Assembly (NCBI RefSeq): GCF_000011805.1 | Contig: NC_006841.2 | Length of the DNA stretch: 32,000 nt | DNA from: Aliivibrio fischeri ES114 | GTDB lineage: Bacteria; Pseudomonadota; Gammaproteobacteria; Enterobacterales; Vibrionaceae | Reading direction: 5' to 3' (one strand) | Notes under the pieces: model-generated | The model's database searches: none | What the model saw: the letters and a program-made list of their open reading frames with translations, nothing else | Told to the model about the DNA's origin: nothing | Shown: positions 9,795 through 19,636 of the stretch, piece by piece | How the letters are laid out: every line of letters begins with the position of its first letter | Numbering within the stretch: position 1 is the first letter of the stretch | Made by a program: the position numbers and the translations under genes

Positions 9795-10595
9795 TTAACC
9801 TTGAAGTGAATCACGAAATTCTTTTGGGGTGATCCCTTTTACGGACTTAAAACTCGTACTAAAGTGTGCCGCTGTTTTAAAACCTGTGTCATAAGCGATT
9901 TCAGTGATGGTTTTTCGAGTCAGTCTTAGTTGTGTTGCCGCATAATTAATGCGTTTTACTTTAACCAAATGAGCAAAAGAAAGTTGATCTGATTGAAGTT
10001 TACGTTTTAATGTTGATGCAGACATCCCTAATTTGGGAGCAACCATATCAATGGTTAAATCTGCTGATATATGCTCTTCTACGTATCTTATCAGTTGCTG
10101 AGAAGTCGTTAATACCGATATTTTTTGGATAAAAGGAATCAGACACGGTTGTTTATTTACCATTTCACTAAGCAGCGCTAAGGTCAAAAACTCAAGAGTG
10201 TCGTTGTTGTCGTTATTAGCTAATTGTTCCTTTAGCAATTCGAGTAGTTTGACTACTGACGTATCATTAGCAGTAAAGATGAAGGTATCCGAATTACATG
10301 GAGCATGAGCAGGGGCATTACTGTAGGACAAAAATTTTTGAAATAAAGCAACGTCGATAACAACAGATTGTGCTTTAAAATTGTTGTTATCGTTTGTCAT
10401 TTTTATTTTTGAAATATCGCCAGAGCTATATAACAAAAAATCACCAGCATTAAGGGTAATATCGTCACCCGTTCTATCTCGGTAATGAAATTGACCAGAA
10501 GTTACAATGAAAATACCATTACGCTCAACAGGGTAGCGATCTGACTTTCTTCTGGTATGAGTATTAAACTCGTGTAACTGGACTGGAGACATCAT
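9795..10595 (-). CDS. AraC-family transcriptional regulator (cupin domain plus HTH)
   Basis: The C-terminal double HTH (TIDMVAPKLGMSASTLKRKL...ITEIAYDTGFKTAAHFSTSFK) is an AraC signature. Confidence 0.85.
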   Translation of the reverse strand: MMSPVQLHEFNTHTRRKSDRYPVERNGIFIVTSGQFHYRDRTGDDITLNAGDFLLYSSGDISKIKMTNDNNNFKAQSVVIDVALFQKFLSYSNAPAHAPCNSDTFIFTANDTSVVKLLELLKEQLANNDNNDTLEFLTLALLSEMVNKQPCLIPFIQKISVLTTSQQLIRYVEEHISADLTIDMVAPKLGMSASTLKRKLQSDQLSFAHLVKVKRINYAATQLRLTRKTITEIAYDTGFKTAAHFSTSFKSVKGITPKEFRDSLQG

Positions 10596-10721
10596 GATTT
10601 CCCTCTATTATCATTGAAAATTAGTGTAAACTTACTTATTGAAAAATCAAGAGTATTAGTTTGAAGTCTTGAAAAATGAATAGAAAATTAAGACTTACTT
10701 CAACCTACAGAATGGAATTAT

Positions 10722-12434
10722 ATGGGTAGCCCACGATTACGAAAGCAATTTGAAAAACTATATGGTCACTATCATCTATCGTCAGAAGGTGTTCAAATTG
10801 ACGATATTGCTGATCTGCTGTGTTGTACACGCCGTAATACCCGTATGGTTCTTAAAAAAATGTCTGAAGAAAAATGGATTGATTGGATCCCTGCGGTTGG
10901 TCGAGGCAAGAGTTCTGTTCTCGAATTCTTATCTACGCCTGATACGGTCTATCTCTCCCTTGCTCGACGTAATATTGAAGAAGGTAAACTAGACGTCGCA
11001 CTTGATATTTTGGATGGTAACCAAGACGCATTACTTGATTTGATTCATAAAGTATTGGGTGTATCTCATGAAAAGGGCAAACAAGTTGTTAAACTGCCAT
11101 ATTACCGCCAACTGAATCTATTAAAACCATCGTTAGCTATTCGTCGTTCAGAACAGCATTTAATGCAGCAAATTTTCAATGGGCTTACTCAGTGGAATAA
11201 AAATGGTGAAGTTGAAGCGGACATTGCTCACCATTGGGAAATGCTTTCACCTACACATTGGCGTTTTTATTTAAGACCAAGTATCTATTTTCATGATGGA
11301 AAGCCACTTACCTTTGAAGACATTAAAGAAACGTTTAATCATTTAAAAAATAATTATGTGTTTAGTCATATTGAAGAAATAGTTAGCCCAAACTTAAACA
11401 TAATCGATTTTGTATTGAATAAAGACGACTATTACTTTGATTCAAAATTAGCTCAATTTAACGCTAAATTAGTTCCAACGACCAGTCATGACAATCAAGA
11501 ACAACAGCGTTTACCAATTGGAAGTGGGCCTTATAAAGTTGCTGAAAATACAGATAAAAAATTAATCTTAGTTGCCAATGAGCAGTATTTTGGTTATCGA
11601 CCGCTTATCGATTCTGTGGAAGTATGGACATTACCTGAGATTGCACCTATTCAACTCAAGTTGGGGTTGGAAGTGTACGAAGGAAATGAACAATCTCTTG
11701 ATTCATATGGTGAAACTGTTGATGTAGATCGTGGTTGTAGCTACTTATTATTTAACCGGAAAAATGGCATCGCAAAAGATCAAAATTGGTTAAGTTATCT
11801 ATTAAATACGATCACACCGTTATTCTTATTGAATGAGCTTCAAAACTCATCCATGAATGGTATTGGATTGTTTAATGCATATGGATTATTACCTGGCTTT
11901 CAGCACTGTTTAAATCGAAATATAGCGCCATTTGAATTACCAGAAAGAGGGAGTGTCGTTCACTTAGGTTTTGAGAATGAACATCCGTTATACCCATTAC
12001 TAGGGAAGATCATAAAGCAGCGATTAGATAAAGATGGAATTATTTTAAAGATACATCAATTTGATACCCTAGATTTACTTGATTTAGATAAGGCTGCCAC
12101 CATTGATATTTGGCTACGAGGTATGAGCTTGGGGACTCAATGCCCAGAAGCATTATTATCTTGGTTATTTGCCTTTGATGAAATTGAACGTGCAATGCCT
12201 GAGAACGATTTTAAAACGGTGTCTGATATGATTGAAAAATGGCAATCAACGTCACAGTGTCACTTTCCAGTAAACGATATTTGTCGATTTTTGGTTGATT
12301 GTGGTCAAATTAATCCATTATTTCATGGTTGGATGGGAATAAGTGAAGACACAAATAACAGCATTCAAAATGCTTCATGCAATGGATTAGGCTGGTTTGA
12401 TTTTGAGAAGGTTTGGATTAAACCAACCTTATAA
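10722..12434 (+). CDS. SgrR-family regulator (N-terminal winged HTH fused to a solute-binding-protein domain)
   Basis: The N-terminus (LRKQFEKLY...IADLLCCTRRNTRMVLKKMSEEKWIDWIPAVGRGKSS) matches the SgrR N-terminal domain pattern. The long C-terminus resembles family-5 solute-binding proteins. Confidence 0.75.
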   Translation: MGSPRLRKQFEKLYGHYHLSSEGVQIDDIADLLCCTRRNTRMVLKKMSEEKWIDWIPAVGRGKSSVLEFLSTPDTVYLSLARRNIEEGKLDVALDILDGNQDALLDLIHKVLGVSHEKGKQVVKLPYYRQLNLLKPSLAIRRSEQHLMQQIFNGLTQWNKNGEVEADIAHHWEMLSPTHWRFYLRPSIYFHDGKPLTFEDIKETFNHLKNNYVFSHIEEIVSPNLNIIDFVLNKDDYYFDSKLAQFNAKLVPTTSHDNQEQQRLPIGSGPYKVAENTDKKLILVANEQYFGYRPLIDSVEVWTLPEIAPIQLKLGLEVYEGNEQSLDSYGETVDVDRGCSYLLFNRKNGIAKDQNWLSYLLNTITPLFLLNELQNSSMNGIGLFNAYGLLPGFQHCLNRNIAPFELPERGSVVHLGFENEHPLYPLLGKIIKQRLDKDGIILKIHQFDTLDLLDLDKAATIDIWLRGMSLGTQCPEALLSWLFAFDEIERAMPENDFKTVSDMIEKWQSTSQCHFPVNDICRFLVDCGQINPLFHGWMGISEDTNNSIQNASCNGLGWFDFEKVWIKPTL

Positions 12435-12481
12435 TAAGAATGCTTACCACCACGATATGATGCGTGGTGGCACTATGCATG

Positions 12482-13447
12482 TTATTTTTTGTAAAATGCG
12501 CGAATGGCTTGAGCTAGGTTAGCCTTAACTTCTTTTGTTATTGAACACGTATTTTCACAAGGAAGCGCTGCTAATAACTCTGAAACTAATCGGTCTGTTG
12601 GTTGAGGTGTTAAAGCTTGCCAGTCTTCAAGTAATGGACGATTGATATGTGAAGGCAAAGAACCCAGTGTTCCTACATCATTTTGATCGTGAACTAATAA
12701 GCCTGCCGTGGTTCCTTTGTCTAAGGTCAATACCTGATAGAAATAAAGTGTGTGGTAATTCAATTGAGTTTGTTTTTGTTCTTTGGTTATTTCATTTGTT
12801 TTCAGTAAGTGTGAGCTAAGAATATGCACATAAGTATCAATCACTTTTGTTGCAAATTGTTTTGTGAATAATTCGCCATTTTCGCCTTCCGGATTAAATC
12901 CTTCCAAATAAAAATGACTAACACCTCTGCGTTTTTTTAATGCTGGGATATCGAAATAGTGATTACCTGCCTTAGTTCCTTCTAAATAGTACGATTTTGC
13001 TGCAACTTTTACTGTTTGATCAAAGTATTCTTTGTCTTCTTTATCAAAGTGAGAAGGGTTCAAATCAGCCATGATTCGCCAATAACTAGTACCATCTTTT
13101 AATTCCGTTAAACTAAAATGCATATGAATCGATGGTGCGAGGGGGTTATTAGGGTGGATAATGGTAGAAAGAGCAGTAGCGCTGTTATAATGTTTGCTAG
13201 CATCGTCTTCGTATTGAATTTGTGAAACATTGATGGATGCTCGATTAAATATTCCACCATCAATGGCTTCAAAGCGCTCGCCACCACCATGACTTCCATT
13301 ATCTCTTAGCCACTCTACGGCTTTAAATTCGGTTGATTGTGATGTTAGACTGCTTGCTTTTAAAAGCTCAAATTTAAAATAAGATTGAATACTTCTGAGC
13401 AGTTGTAATGCACTTTGAGCATCGGGGTTTTTAGCATAAATCCGCAT
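12482..13447 (-). CDS. divergent coproporphyrinogen III oxidase (HemF)-family protein
   Basis: Blocks HGGGERF..GGIF..A.INVS, IIHPNNP..PS.H and DKGT..GL align by eye with E. coli HemF. Other HemF blocks are poorly conserved. Confidence 0.5.
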   Translation of the reverse strand: MRIYAKNPDAQSALQLLRSIQSYFKFELLKASSLTSQSTEFKAVEWLRDNGSHGGGERFEAIDGGIFNRASINVSQIQYEDDASKHYNSATALSTIIHPNNPLAPSIHMHFSLTELKDGTSYWRIMADLNPSHFDKEDKEYFDQTVKVAAKSYYLEGTKAGNHYFDIPALKKRRGVSHFYLEGFNPEGENGELFTKQFATKVIDTYVHILSSHLLKTNEITKEQKQTQLNYHTLYFYQVLTLDKGTTAGLLVHDQNDVGTLGSLPSHINRPLLEDWQALTPQPTDRLVSELLAALPCENTCSITKEVKANLAQAIRAFYKK

Positions 13448-13534
13448 AAAAAGACCTTAATAAACCAAGTAATATAGAAAAGGTTAAACACTTATTAATT
13501 GAGTGTAAAATAAAGCCTTTGTATATAGCAACCT

Positions 13535-13801
13535 ATGAAATGGAAAGAAATGGCGAAACCAAATAAGAAAGGCCCCATAAAAACCATTATGATCTTTTGT
13601 GCAAAATGTAGGGCACCTTTATATAAATATAGAAAAGGAGGTAAAGGTGCTTTAGTGAAGTGTTTTGTCGAGAGAATAGTTGAAGATCACACGAATAAAC
13701 AATGTGAATGTCCCAACTGTCAATCAACCTTTGCTAGAGAAACCCTTATTAGAGGTACTCCCGCATATAAAATGATAGGTGGTAAAGTCATGGCAAAGTA
13801 A
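13535..13801 (+). CDS. small zinc-ribbon protein, unknown function
   Basis: CAKC...CECPNC motif pairs. Lys-rich. Confidence 0.4.
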   Translation: MKWKEMAKPNKKGPIKTIMIFCAKCRAPLYKYRKGGKGALVKCFVERIVEDHTNKQCECPNCQSTFARETLIRGTPAYKMIGGKVMAK

Positions 13802-13932
13802 GACTTTGTCAATTTAAGCCCACTTTGAAGAAAAGATGAACAGTTGTAAAAATAAACTATTCGTATTCATTTGGAACTATAATATACTGATAACTTATGC
13901 TTTATTATATTTTTTTCTCTTAGGGGTTTACG

Positions 13933-15378
13933 TTGCTCAATAAGCGCTTTCTATTTTCGACTTTATTGCTATTAAGCTTCTCATCTCATGCAGATAGCTT
14001 AGCAACAAAGATCGATAATTTTAAAAAAGCATTTAAAAAGCAACAAGCTGTCGAAATATATGACATTCGCTTAATACAAAAAGAATATCCTACCGTATTA
14101 TTGTCACCTGATACTTTGTTACCTCAGACGGCCTCATATCCATTTAAGCAATTACAAAGACTGTACCGTAGTGCACAAACATGTACTGGACCTTGGCCTG
14201 TAAGTCCATTAGTGGGTGAGCCTCTTGTTTTGATCCGTGCAATGTGTCGAGGTATAAAATTACCAACAAGTTGGTTTGCACGATCAGGAATGATTCACCC
14301 TGGTGGTGGCTCTTATGCATATCGATATGTTCAATTACACCCAGATGCAAAAGAGCATTTGTCGCCGTATATGCATATAAAAGAAAGAGCTGTCGCTAGT
14401 GAAGGAACATTATTGCATCATTTACAAATGATGGATGATACAGCAATTAGAGCCATCATTAGTGGTTCAGATACTATCATTGCTGACGATTTATTGTGGC
14501 TACGTAAAGGCAGTCGTTATTATTTATACCCAACAGAGTTAAAGAATAAGTATTTAGAAAATTACCAACTTGAAGCGACCTTATTTAAGCAAGGGGCAAA
14601 TTGCTATGTAAGAAATGGTAATGTGTGTTGGCAAGATCAAACAGACTCCAAGACATTGTCTTATATTGTATTGTTTTTGGTGTTCATTAATGTCTGTTTG
14701 GCGATAGGTTGGGGTATCTCTCAGTGGAACGGTAAACGTAGAGAGATGAGAAGTCGAATGTTAGTCTTACAAATTCTAACACACGAATTGAGAACGCCAA
14801 TCGCAAGTTTGGGATTAACCGTTGAAGGGTTTCGACGACAGTTTGAAGCATTGCCGGAATCCTTGTACGATGAATTTAGACGTTTATGTGAAGATTCAAG
14901 GCGTTTACGTCAATTAGCTGAAGCAAGTAAAGATTATTTACAGTCGGATGATAAAGGGTTCTCAACAGATTGGATACCGTCTGTTGAAGAATGGCTCAGC
15001 TATCGTTGTTTGGAGTATACTCAACCAGTTGAATTTAAGATAAATAAAGATGCCTCAATAAAAGTTAATTTATATTGGTTAGGCAATTGTATAGATAATT
15101 TAGTTAGTAATGCTCATAAATACGGTGTACCACCAGTTATTTTGAACGTTACTGTAGAACAGAAAAAATTAAGAATTGAAGTCATTGATGGCGGACAATT
15201 AACAAAACGTGATTGGAAAGAATTAAAAACACCTTTTGTTAGTAAAGCAGGATTAGGCCTTGGTCTAACTATTGTTGAGTCAATGATTAAAAGAATGGGC
15301 GGAACCATGACTCTTCAGGGGCCACCAACGACATTTATATTGGAGATACCTTGTGAAACAGACAATCCTACTTGTTGA
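13933..15378 (+). CDS. sensor histidine kinase (VxrA/WigK-like position)
   Basis: TTG start. Signal/TM segment, large periplasmic domain and a second TM segment. H-box THELRTPI, N-box NLVSNAHKYG and G-box GLGLGL. Confidence 0.85.
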   Translation: MLNKRFLFSTLLLLSFSSHADSLATKIDNFKKAFKKQQAVEIYDIRLIQKEYPTVLLSPDTLLPQTASYPFKQLQRLYRSAQTCTGPWPVSPLVGEPLVLIRAMCRGIKLPTSWFARSGMIHPGGGSYAYRYVQLHPDAKEHLSPYMHIKERAVASEGTLLHHLQMMDDTAIRAIISGSDTIIADDLLWLRKGSRYYLYPTELKNKYLENYQLEATLFKQGANCYVRNGNVCWQDQTDSKTLSYIVLFLVFINVCLAIGWGISQWNGKRREMRSRMLVLQILTHELRTPIASLGLTVEGFRRQFEALPESLYDEFRRLCEDSRRLRQLAEASKDYLQSDDKGFSTDWIPSVEEWLSYRCLEYTQPVEFKINKDASIKVNLYWLGNCIDNLVSNAHKYGVPPVILNVTVEQKKLRIEVIDGGQLTKRDWKELKTPFVSKAGLGLGLTIVESMIKRMGGTMTLQGPPTTFILEIPCETDNPTC

Positions 15379-16009
15379 AGACGATAAAAATTTAGCGGAC
15401 GGACTGATTGTCAGCTTAGAAGAAGCGGGTTATCGCTGTTTACATTCTGAAAATGCGGCAAATGTATCTGGTCTTTGGAGCGAAGCAGATATTGTAATTC
15501 TTGACCGTCAGCTTCCTGAAGGCGACTCATTAACTTGGTTAAGCCAATGGAAACAAATAAAAGATGTTCCAGTTATTTTATTAACAGCTCTTGTTTCTGT
15601 TAGAGACAAAGTAACAGGTTTAGACTCAGGCGCTAATGATTATTTAACTAAGCCTTTTGCTGAAGCGGAATTGTTGGCTCGTTTACGTGCGCACTTACGT
15701 TCACCAGAAACCGATGAAGTAAAATCTAAATTGGTAGTGGGCAACCTAGCCATTGATACTTCTACTCGTGATGTGGTTAATTCAGGTGAGAACGTTACAT
15801 TAACTCGAACTGAGTTTGATCTTTTACTTTTCTTAGCATCAAACCTTGGAAAAGTGTTTACTCGTGATGAGCTCTTAGATCAAGTGTGGGGTTACAATCA
15901 TTTTCCTACAACACGTACGGTAGATACCCATATTCTTCAGTTACGTCAAAAGATTGTTGGAATAGAAATTGAAACATTGCGTGGCGTTGGCTACAAAATG
16001 AAAGCGTAA
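15353..16009 (+). CDS. OmpR-family response regulator (VxrB/WigR-like position)
   Basis: GTG start overlapping the kinase gene by 26 nt. Receiver domain (LLVEDD...ILDRQLP...KP) plus a winged-helix C-terminus (LTRTEFDLLLFL...RGVGYK). Confidence 0.9.
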   Translation: MKQTILLVEDDKNLADGLIVSLEEAGYRCLHSENAANVSGLWSEADIVILDRQLPEGDSLTWLSQWKQIKDVPVILLTALVSVRDKVTGLDSGANDYLTKPFAEAELLARLRAHLRSPETDEVKSKLVVGNLAIDTSTRDVVNSGENVTLTRTEFDLLLFLASNLGKVFTRDELLDQVWGYNHFPTTRTVDTHILQLRQKIVGIEIETLRGVGYKMKA

Positions 16010-16013
16010 TTTT

Positions 16014-16922
16014 ATGATGTTTATGCGTAAGTTTTTCGTTTTTTGCTCATTAGTTTGTGCATCATACACATCTTTTGCAAATTCGGTGGATTGGTTCAAT
16101 GAGCAATCCGCATTGTATACTGCGCATAAGCAATTTTTAGAGGGTCATGCAAGAAAAGGCTTTGCCACTTCAATAGAAGTTTTGCAGAACTCGGCTAATG
16201 AGAATATCACCAATAATATAGATAAATTACTTAGCTCTGCTATTTCAGTAAACTGTGGGAGAGATTTATCTAATAAAGTAATACCGAACTGGTTAAAATC
16301 AGTAAGTGTACAACGTGTTATTATTCAAAGCCCGGGAAGGTTGCATCATCGATTAATTGTTAAGTTTGATACGAAAAAACCTATATCAAGTCTTTCATTT
16401 ATTAAATGGCCACAAGAAGAGCAACTCACTAACCCGTCAATTAAAACGACACCGACACAAGATGAAAGAATCACGCAATATACTTATGCCAGTGAGTCTT
16501 TGAATAATCGAATTCAAAATGGACTGTATAAGTTGATAATTATTGCGGATGATAAAGAAAAAACACAATGGGAATCATGGGTTGTTTTAACGACACCAAA
16601 AACAGAAATGCAAGTGGCGTGGTTAGGCAAAGATAAATGGAAAACGACACAAACAGGTTTACTTAAATCGAATTGTCCATTACCTGAAATGGCTGTTGGT
16701 ATTTATGACCATCAAGATAATGAGTATATAAAGTTATGGGAACAGACCTACGAAGAGAAGTTTCCTAAATCATTACCTTCGACAAATGTGTTACCAGGCA
16801 GCTATATTTTAAGTGTGTCGTTTAATCATAAAAGGTTTCAAGGACCGATTTCCATCCAAGAAATTCAGGCAATAACCAAAGTAATGAATTTTGGTTCAGA
16901 TGAAAATACAGAGAGTAAATAA
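16014..16922 (+). CDS. secreted protein of unknown function in the two-component operon (VxrC position, possibly DUF2861)
   Basis: Signal peptide. It starts 4 nt after the response regulator stop, and its stop overlaps the next start (TAATG). Family name is from memory and uncertain. Confidence 0.5.
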   Translation: MMFMRKFFVFCSLVCASYTSFANSVDWFNEQSALYTAHKQFLEGHARKGFATSIEVLQNSANENITNNIDKLLSSAISVNCGRDLSNKVIPNWLKSVSVQRVIIQSPGRLHHRLIVKFDTKKPISSLSFIKWPQEEQLTNPSIKTTPTQDERITQYTYASESLNNRIQNGLYKLIIIADDKEKTQWESWVVLTTPKTEMQVAWLGKDKWKTTQTGLLKSNCPLPEMAVGIYDHQDNEYIKLWEQTYEEKFPKSLPSTNVLPGSYILSVSFNHKRFQGPISIQEIQAITKVMNFGSDENTESK

Positions 16923-17083
16923 TGTTAGATTTACCAACATTAACCCATGAAGAACAGCAACAAGCAGTAGAGAAAATCCAAGAACTGATGCGCCAAGGCG
17001 TTGGTAGTGGAGAGGCCATTAAAATTATTTCAGACCAAATTAGAGCTGAAATTGCTGAGAAAGAGAAAAAAAACTCTAACTAA
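16922..17083 (+). CDS. yoaH: YoaH/UPF0181-family small protein (53 aa), absent from the ORF track
   Basis: My translation is [53 protein letters not shown]. It closely parallels E. coli YoaH (..[30 protein letters not shown]..) as I recall it. The ATG overlaps the upstream TAA. Confidence 0.8.
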   Translation: MLDLPTLTHEEQQQAVEKIQELMRQGVGSGEAIKIISDQIRAEIAEKEKKNSN

Positions 17084-17093
17084 TTATTATTTT

Positions 17094-17121
17094 AAAGCCG
17101 AGCTAACCCCTCGGCTTTTTT
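17094..17121 (+). terminator. rho-independent terminator of the HK-RR-secreted protein-yoaH operon
   Basis: AAAGCCGAG-CTAACCC-CTCGGCTTT followed by a T-run. Confidence 0.75.
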
Positions 17122-17249
17122 GTATGCATTAATATTTAAGCCAAATATCAAAAAGACATCACTAGTATCAATATTTTGATTTATTTCATTAAAGTTAACT
17201 TTTTCTATGTCGATAAGTAGAGAAGTGATTTTTTTAATGGGTTAATCAA

Positions 17250-18449
17250 ATGAAACAGTGGATAAAAATTGGCTTACTTTCGTGTGCGACGGTAGCTTCT
17301 TCTCAAGTATCAGCAACAAATTTCAGCGTTGATGGTCGAATTGATGCTATGGGTGGCGCTGGTACTGCAGCCGCTGACTATCTTACTGGTGTTTTTTATA
17401 ATCCAGCTTTAGTTGCAATATATAGTCGTAAAGATGATGCAGGTCTTTTATTACCGAGTGCCGGTCTACAAGTCATGGACCAAGGCGGTATGGTGGATGA
17501 TGTTGACCAAGTACAGAAAGGTTTTTCGAAAATACCATCTGACCCAACAGGTGCTGCAGCTGATATAGAAAACGGTCTAAGAAATTTAAATGGTGATGCT
17601 CTGAGCTTTAGTATGGGAGCTGGGATGGCTGTTGCTATTCCTAACCGTTATTTATCAATGGCATTTTATGGCAAAACTTCAGTTGAGGGCATTACGTTAC
17701 CTGATGTTGATGCGCTTGGTTTGCCGGCAGATCCAACTAAACCACTTCAACTTGCAGATACTACTGCGGTAGGTACTGTTGCTTTAGGCTTAGCAGAAGC
17801 GGGTGTTGCCTTTGCGGGTTACACAAATTTCCTAGGACAAAATATCACTATTGGTGTAACACCAAAAATTCAAAGTTACTTAACGTATACCTATGTAGAA
17901 GCTGTAAACAATTTTGACTTTAAAGACTTTGATAAAAACAAAACAACAGATAACTCATTCAATGTAGATGTTGGTGCAGTATGGTTTTACGGTCCTTGGC
18001 GTTTTGCTGCAGCAGGTAAAAACCTGATTAAAAATGAAATTGAAACCAAAGAAATCACCGTTAATTTTGCTGATAGTCAAACTCATGGTCGTAGTTACGG
18101 TAGCAAAACATATAAATATAACTATGAACTTACCCCGACTTATACTGCGGGCGTAGCATTCATGACTAACTACTTTATTGTTACTGCAGATTTAGACTTA
18201 AACGAACAAGAGCGTTTTGTTGGTTTAGATGATAATGTTCAAATGTTCAGAGCGGGTGCAGAAATCGATTTACTGTACCAAATTCAGCTACGTGGTGGAT
18301 TCAAAAAAGATCTTGCGGGTACTTATGATGACGCATTTACAGCAGGTATTGGTTTCTCGCCACTTAACATGTTCCATTTTGACTTAGCAGCGATTTACTC
18401 AGTAGATTCAACCTATGGTGTATCTGTGAACATGGCTTACGAATACTAG
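17250..18449 (+). CDS. outer-membrane beta-barrel protein (TraF_2-like family)
   Basis: Signal peptide, alternating beta-strand pattern and a C-terminal aromatic signature (VNMAYEY). Family assignment is tentative. Confidence 0.55.
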   Translation: MKQWIKIGLLSCATVASSQVSATNFSVDGRIDAMGGAGTAAADYLTGVFYNPALVAIYSRKDDAGLLLPSAGLQVMDQGGMVDDVDQVQKGFSKIPSDPTGAAADIENGLRNLNGDALSFSMGAGMAVAIPNRYLSMAFYGKTSVEGITLPDVDALGLPADPTKPLQLADTTAVGTVALGLAEAGVAFAGYTNFLGQNITIGVTPKIQSYLTYTYVEAVNNFDFKDFDKNKTTDNSFNVDVGAVWFYGPWRFAAAGKNLIKNEIETKEITVNFADSQTHGRSYGSKTYKYNYELTPTYTAGVAFMTNYFIVTADLDLNEQERFVGLDDNVQMFRAGAEIDLLYQIQLRGGFKKDLAGTYDDAFTAGIGFSPLNMFHFDLAAIYSVDSTYGVSVNMAYEY

Positions 18450-18527
18450 ATAAAACGCCTTTTTAGTAGAAAAATGAGTAACCGCTTGTAATAATAGTGG
18501 TTACCTTACTTTAAAAAGATACAGATT

Positions 18528-19064
18528 ATGACTCAAAAAGCGAAAATCGGCATTGTAACCGTAAGTGATCGTGCAAGTGTTGGTATTTATGAAGATATTT
18601 CAGGACCAGCTATTATTGAAACACTAAACGATTATCTAACATCTGAGTGGGAACCTGTGTATGTGGTTATTCCAGATGAGCAGGATGTAATTGAAAAAAC
18701 ACTGATTGAATTAGCTGATGAAAAAAACTGTTGTTTAGTTGTTACGACAGGTGGTACAGGTCCAGCCAAGCGTGACGTCACTCCAGAAGCAACGGAAGCG
18801 GTATGTGACCGTATGATGCCAGGTTTTGGTGAATTAATGCGTGCAGAATCATTAAAGTTTGTGCCAACAGCTATTTTATCTCGTCAAACTGCGGGTTTAC
18901 GTAAAGATTCATTAATTGTAAATCTACCTGGTAAACCAAAATCAATTCGTGAATGTTTAGATGCGGTTTTTCCTGCAATTCCATATTGTATCGATCTAAT
19001 GGAAGGGCCATTTCTTGAGTGTAATGAAGAAGTGATTAAACCATTTAGACCAAAAGCAAAATAA
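18528..19064 (+). CDS. mog: molybdopterin adenylyltransferase MogA
   Basis: IGIVTVSDRAS..GIYED, TTGGTGPAKRDVTPEAT and PGFGE...NLPGKPKSI are collinear with E. coli MogA. Confidence 0.9.
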   Translation: MTQKAKIGIVTVSDRASVGIYEDISGPAIIETLNDYLTSEWEPVYVVIPDEQDVIEKTLIELADEKNCCLVVTTGGTGPAKRDVTPEATEAVCDRMMPGFGELMRAESLKFVPTAILSRQTAGLRKDSLIVNLPGKPKSIRECLDAVFPAIPYCIDLMEGPFLECNEEVIKPFRPKAK

Positions 19065-19072
19065 CCAATAAA

Positions 19073-19097
19073 AAGCCAACGTAACTGTTGGCTTTTT
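19073..19097. terminator. bidirectional terminator between mog and the small secreted protein gene
   Basis: A-run, then GCCAAC-GTAACT-GTTGGC, then a T-run. Confidence 0.6.
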
Positions 19098-19320
19098 AAC
19101 ATCCTTTTTCTTTCCTTAATTTCTTTAGTGCCTTTTTCTCTTTTAATCTCTCTTTGTATTCCTTTCCCTCGCTAAAGCTAAGTAGCTTATTCACATGAGT
19201 TAATGTTCTATTTAATGTCTCACAACGTTTTGGTTGATGTTCTTTGTAGTATTTTTGAACTGATTTTGCTGATGATGGAAAAGCGCATAAAACAGCTAAA
19301 AAGAGAATGAGAGTTCGCAT
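19096..19320 (-). CDS. small secreted Lys-rich protein, unknown function
   Basis: Signal peptide (LILFLAVLCAFPSSA) followed by a charged helical region. Confidence 0.4.
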   Translation of the reverse strand: MRTLILFLAVLCAFPSSAKSVQKYYKEHQPKRCETLNRTLTHVNKLLSFSEGKEYKERLKEKKALKKLRKEKGC

Positions 19321-19636
19321 ACGATCGCCTTATAAAATAAGAACTAGTATATAAGAAAGCGGTATAAAGTAAGTTTTCGTATCAAAAATTTCGAATGAAA
19401 ATAAACATTCAAAGTATGAATGGTAATTGATGAAGTTATAAGTGTTACTTGGATCACTTTGTCGATGATTTGTTTGCAATTGCTGAACCGTATAGAGTAT
19501 TTTTAGTTATACTCACCGAATACGATTAAGTTATATCTATTAATAATTTAATTAATACAATCCTGAAGATGTATATTCGATTAAATATCTTAGTTTCTAA
19601 AGTAATTAAATTGGTTTATGAGGAGAGTTAACGCGG

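Noticed and set aside
10596-10721. SgrS-like sRNA divergent from the SgrR-family gene
   Set aside because: The intergenic region is only 126 bp and is bounded by the AraC gene start. There is no terminator hairpin or SgrT-like ORF.
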